Shown here in pieces: positions 63,101 through 64,000 of a stretch of 64,000 nt of DNA (within the stretch, counting starts at the first letter, position 1; the number at the start of each line of letters is the position of its first letter). Source of the DNA: Paludibacteraceae bacterium (GTDB lineage Bacteria > Bacteroidota > Bacteroidia > Bacteroidales > Paludibacteraceae); contig JAFPZY010000017.1 in assembly GCA_017417025.1 (NCBI GenBank), forward strand, positions 27,614 to 91,613. Direction: 5' to 3'. A program made the translations under genes and the position numbers. Below the pieces are notes generated by a model that made no database searches, was not told where the DNA came from, and saw nothing but the letters and a program-made list of their open reading frames with translations.

Positions 63101-63353
63101 TGCTATTTCCGCCAAGGTCGAGATTAACGGTCTTGTTAGCCTGATCATGGTTGCCGTAAACGCGGATAGGCATCTCGTCACGAGCAATATTGATGTCAGT
63201 TGTCAGGAGGATGTTCACTGTTCCGCCTGCAGGAGTGGCATCAATAGCATCTTGTAAGCTGCGACGGGAGTCCACCCGTTGTGTTTCAGCAAAAAGACTT
63301 GTGCTCAACAGCAAAGCGCATGCCGTCAGCACGATTGAATAAAATTTACGCAT
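60195..63353 (-). CDS. large secreted T9SS cargo protein (beta-helix/adhesin-like)
   Basis: Signal peptide MRKFYSIVLTACALLLSTSLFA. Gly/Thr/Asn-rich beta-solenoid-like repeats follow. The C-terminus YTVLGQYVGETENWNQLPAGIYVVDGIKIVK is typical of T9SS type-A sorting domains. Confidence 0.85.
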   Translation of the reverse strand: MRKFYSIVLTACALLLSTSLFAETQRVDSRRSLQDAIDATPAGGTVNILLTTDINIARDEMPIRVYGNHDQANKTVNLDLGGNSIIVGDSRAIELLKGNLNISNGTITKTKSVPYHTAAFYDTYDKNNKPIYYSGGLIGGKTLYNCTEKSDSKGAYYPDEAILVCGSYDPNAENWAVLTIGKDVLVQTICPDNNTDGGSGIAMLELQSWINSTASTVANFECTEAVATNTDGGMTWTPRDYWKNENGDMVVDYCTHWYANYSGTANAQGKYPYINSGHPSARKQTQTAFGAVIDVYGKVYGGEYGIKITGNFFRTDGFVPYVHIRPSAEVWSKPNTKGTTGVYSSGVGKWLIEGYVHGSTGVYVKSGDVEIKNARIESDYTGSYAEPEGTRSGIKSGGSAIVVESTAAYAGSHDVTISGDTKIKGGTGYAIEEVITDTPEGDSKVDYVKIEGGTIEAGTQGTAVFAEATADGQKVSIVGGNIEDKVSIKNGDGSTSQAEVADFFPNDGKFTTTEVEGENGKKIVVITKFEENVEVLTSGTVAAAAAAGKGIKWTGTSEKLEKANATEVTLPYLEINDNKTQTLTVEEGVTLTVGRIVMGSLAQIIVEAGAGLIVTGEQGMVANATDNVVLEANASKQATFVISPKVTSNKQPMASVRYYTDAYGMPKTGTSTNYKWDRLTSPLSEYSKISSNYSTLETKPELLDGETGIWTFIEYYDELSSKWVGLTAYNQMKAFTSYALSNNTKAGGITYTFEGRVQGNVADRIELDHAGWNYMGNAFVAPIHVRTMLQAIENSGADIDGSMYLWDMANQKYNPVNKALYSYFSAGPKEIPAMQTFIVKLTSGNSAMLDLDYATSVYGYVTNPNTYSAPRRAVASDVNTLRINIKAANGAEDDVYFVESAEFTEDYDNGADITKYMNKGMNFYANGEYAMVASDNIEGATLSLQTIDEVDYTLTFAKVNGEEYALRDNLTGRVVLMSEGATYRFTAQPNQIVESRFQIVPRQQMPTDISTANETAGSKAVYTVLGQYVGETENWNQLPAGIYVVDGIKIVK

Positions 63354-63486
63354 ATTTTTAATTGGTTTGGTTAATATTTGGTGCTTTCACACCGGTTAAT
63401 TGTTGGGTTGTATTTCTTTCTTCCGTGCAAATTATGCAAATCGCTATCTGCCTGATTGTCACGTTGTTGTCTCTTGTTTTCGGCAT

Positions 63487-63508
63487 CAAGAAAACCATGG
63501 TTTTCTTG
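63487..63508. promoter_or_regulatory. perfect 22-bp palindrome CAAGAAAACCATGGTTTTCTTG between divergent promoters (candidate operator)
   Basis: Read directly. A 13-nt half-site copy, aagaaaaccatgg, lies at 63641-63653. Confidence 0.5.
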
Positions 63509-63528
63509 GTGCTATAAAAAAATTGTTG

Positions 63529-63536
63529 TACCTTTG
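63529..63536 (+). promoter_or_regulatory. -7 promoter box TACCTTTG pointing rightward into ORF-free, T-rich repeat DNA
   Basis: aaaaaattgttgTACCTTTGcagcgg. Confidence 0.55.
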
Positions 63537-64000
63537 CAGCGGATTTTGCAGGCTTGTGTGCTTATGTGCTGTAAATGAGCGGGTAATGTATCTGCTGAAA
63601 AAAGCAAAACGGCATAATCCGTGAGTCCTGTTTTGGCGCAAAGAAAACCATGGATTTTTTTGCATTTTTTTGCATTTCCCGCTGAATATAAGAGTTTTGC
63701 ATATCCGCTCCGGCTTATTGGCGTATTTTTTCCGCTTTTTTCAGGCCTTTTTCCTGCTTTTTTCTTGGTTGTTTTTGCCTTTGTTCTGGCTTTTTTGCCT
63801 TTGTCGGGCTGTCTGCAGCGCTGTCCGGCTATATTTCCGCCTGCACAGGAAGACTAAACAGTTATCCTCCGTCAGAGGAAGAGACTGCGGCAGGGGGAGG
63901 AGAAAAGACGGTGTGATTATGGTGATTTTGGGGCTTTAATGGCTTAATCACCCAATAATAACCTAATAATATCCTAATAGTGATAGTTGATATTGCAATG

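Noticed and set aside
63400-63939. Hydrophobic ORFs (63400-63624, 63621-63857, 63670-63939) at the right end.
   Set aside because: They are translations of T-rich word repeats (F/L-rich) in overlapping frames, and the first begins upstream of the promoter box.

Overview
This window looks like a chromosomal segment of a fairly GC-rich Bacteroidota (Bacteroidales-type) genome. The lineage call rests on visible signals only. Consensus TAnnTTTG -7 promoter boxes precede most transcription units and start contexts are A-rich without Shine-Dalgarno sequences. The window also holds gldD, three signal-peptide proteins ending in T9SS-type C-terminal sorting domains, and a Bacteroidota-type tmRNA (tag GNNNYALAA). 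I support about 46 CDS, one tmRNA and two head-to-head pseudogene fragments. I saw no rRNA, tRNA, CRISPR array, transposase or integrase. Core genes are ileS, typA, trxA, a clpC-like gene, pckA, nadB, malQ, dcp, a stand-alone frdB, sugE and gldD (partial). There is a glycogen cluster (NDP-sugar transferase, GDE, GT4, GH57, porin). A ~7.4-kb AT-rich island (6.9-14.3 kb) carries an aminosugar N-acylation cassette: DegT, a NeuD/PglD-type LbH transferase, ACP, two KASIII, a ketoreductase, GT2 and acyltransferase_3. The unusual content is mostly non-coding. (1) UTRs and intergenic space are packed with short tandem 'word' repeats, most with an 11-bp period (or 22, 65/66). Several show extreme strand-composition bias, and some words are shared between distant loci, once inside a CDS. 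(2) An ORF-free ~0.85-kb gap has consensus promoters, intrinsic terminators and dense hairpins, which makes it a candidate ncRNA unit next to two paralogous unknown genes. (3) A ~130-155-bp module of promoter, leader and start codon is duplicated in inverted orientation 11 kb apart. (4) Inverted ~95-bp hairpin elements bracket a 3.8-kb gene block. (5) A T9SS cargo operon contains an embedded Gly/Pro-rich mini-ORF. All coordinates were derived by hand against ORF-track anchors and may be off by a few nt. No database search or folding computation was possible.
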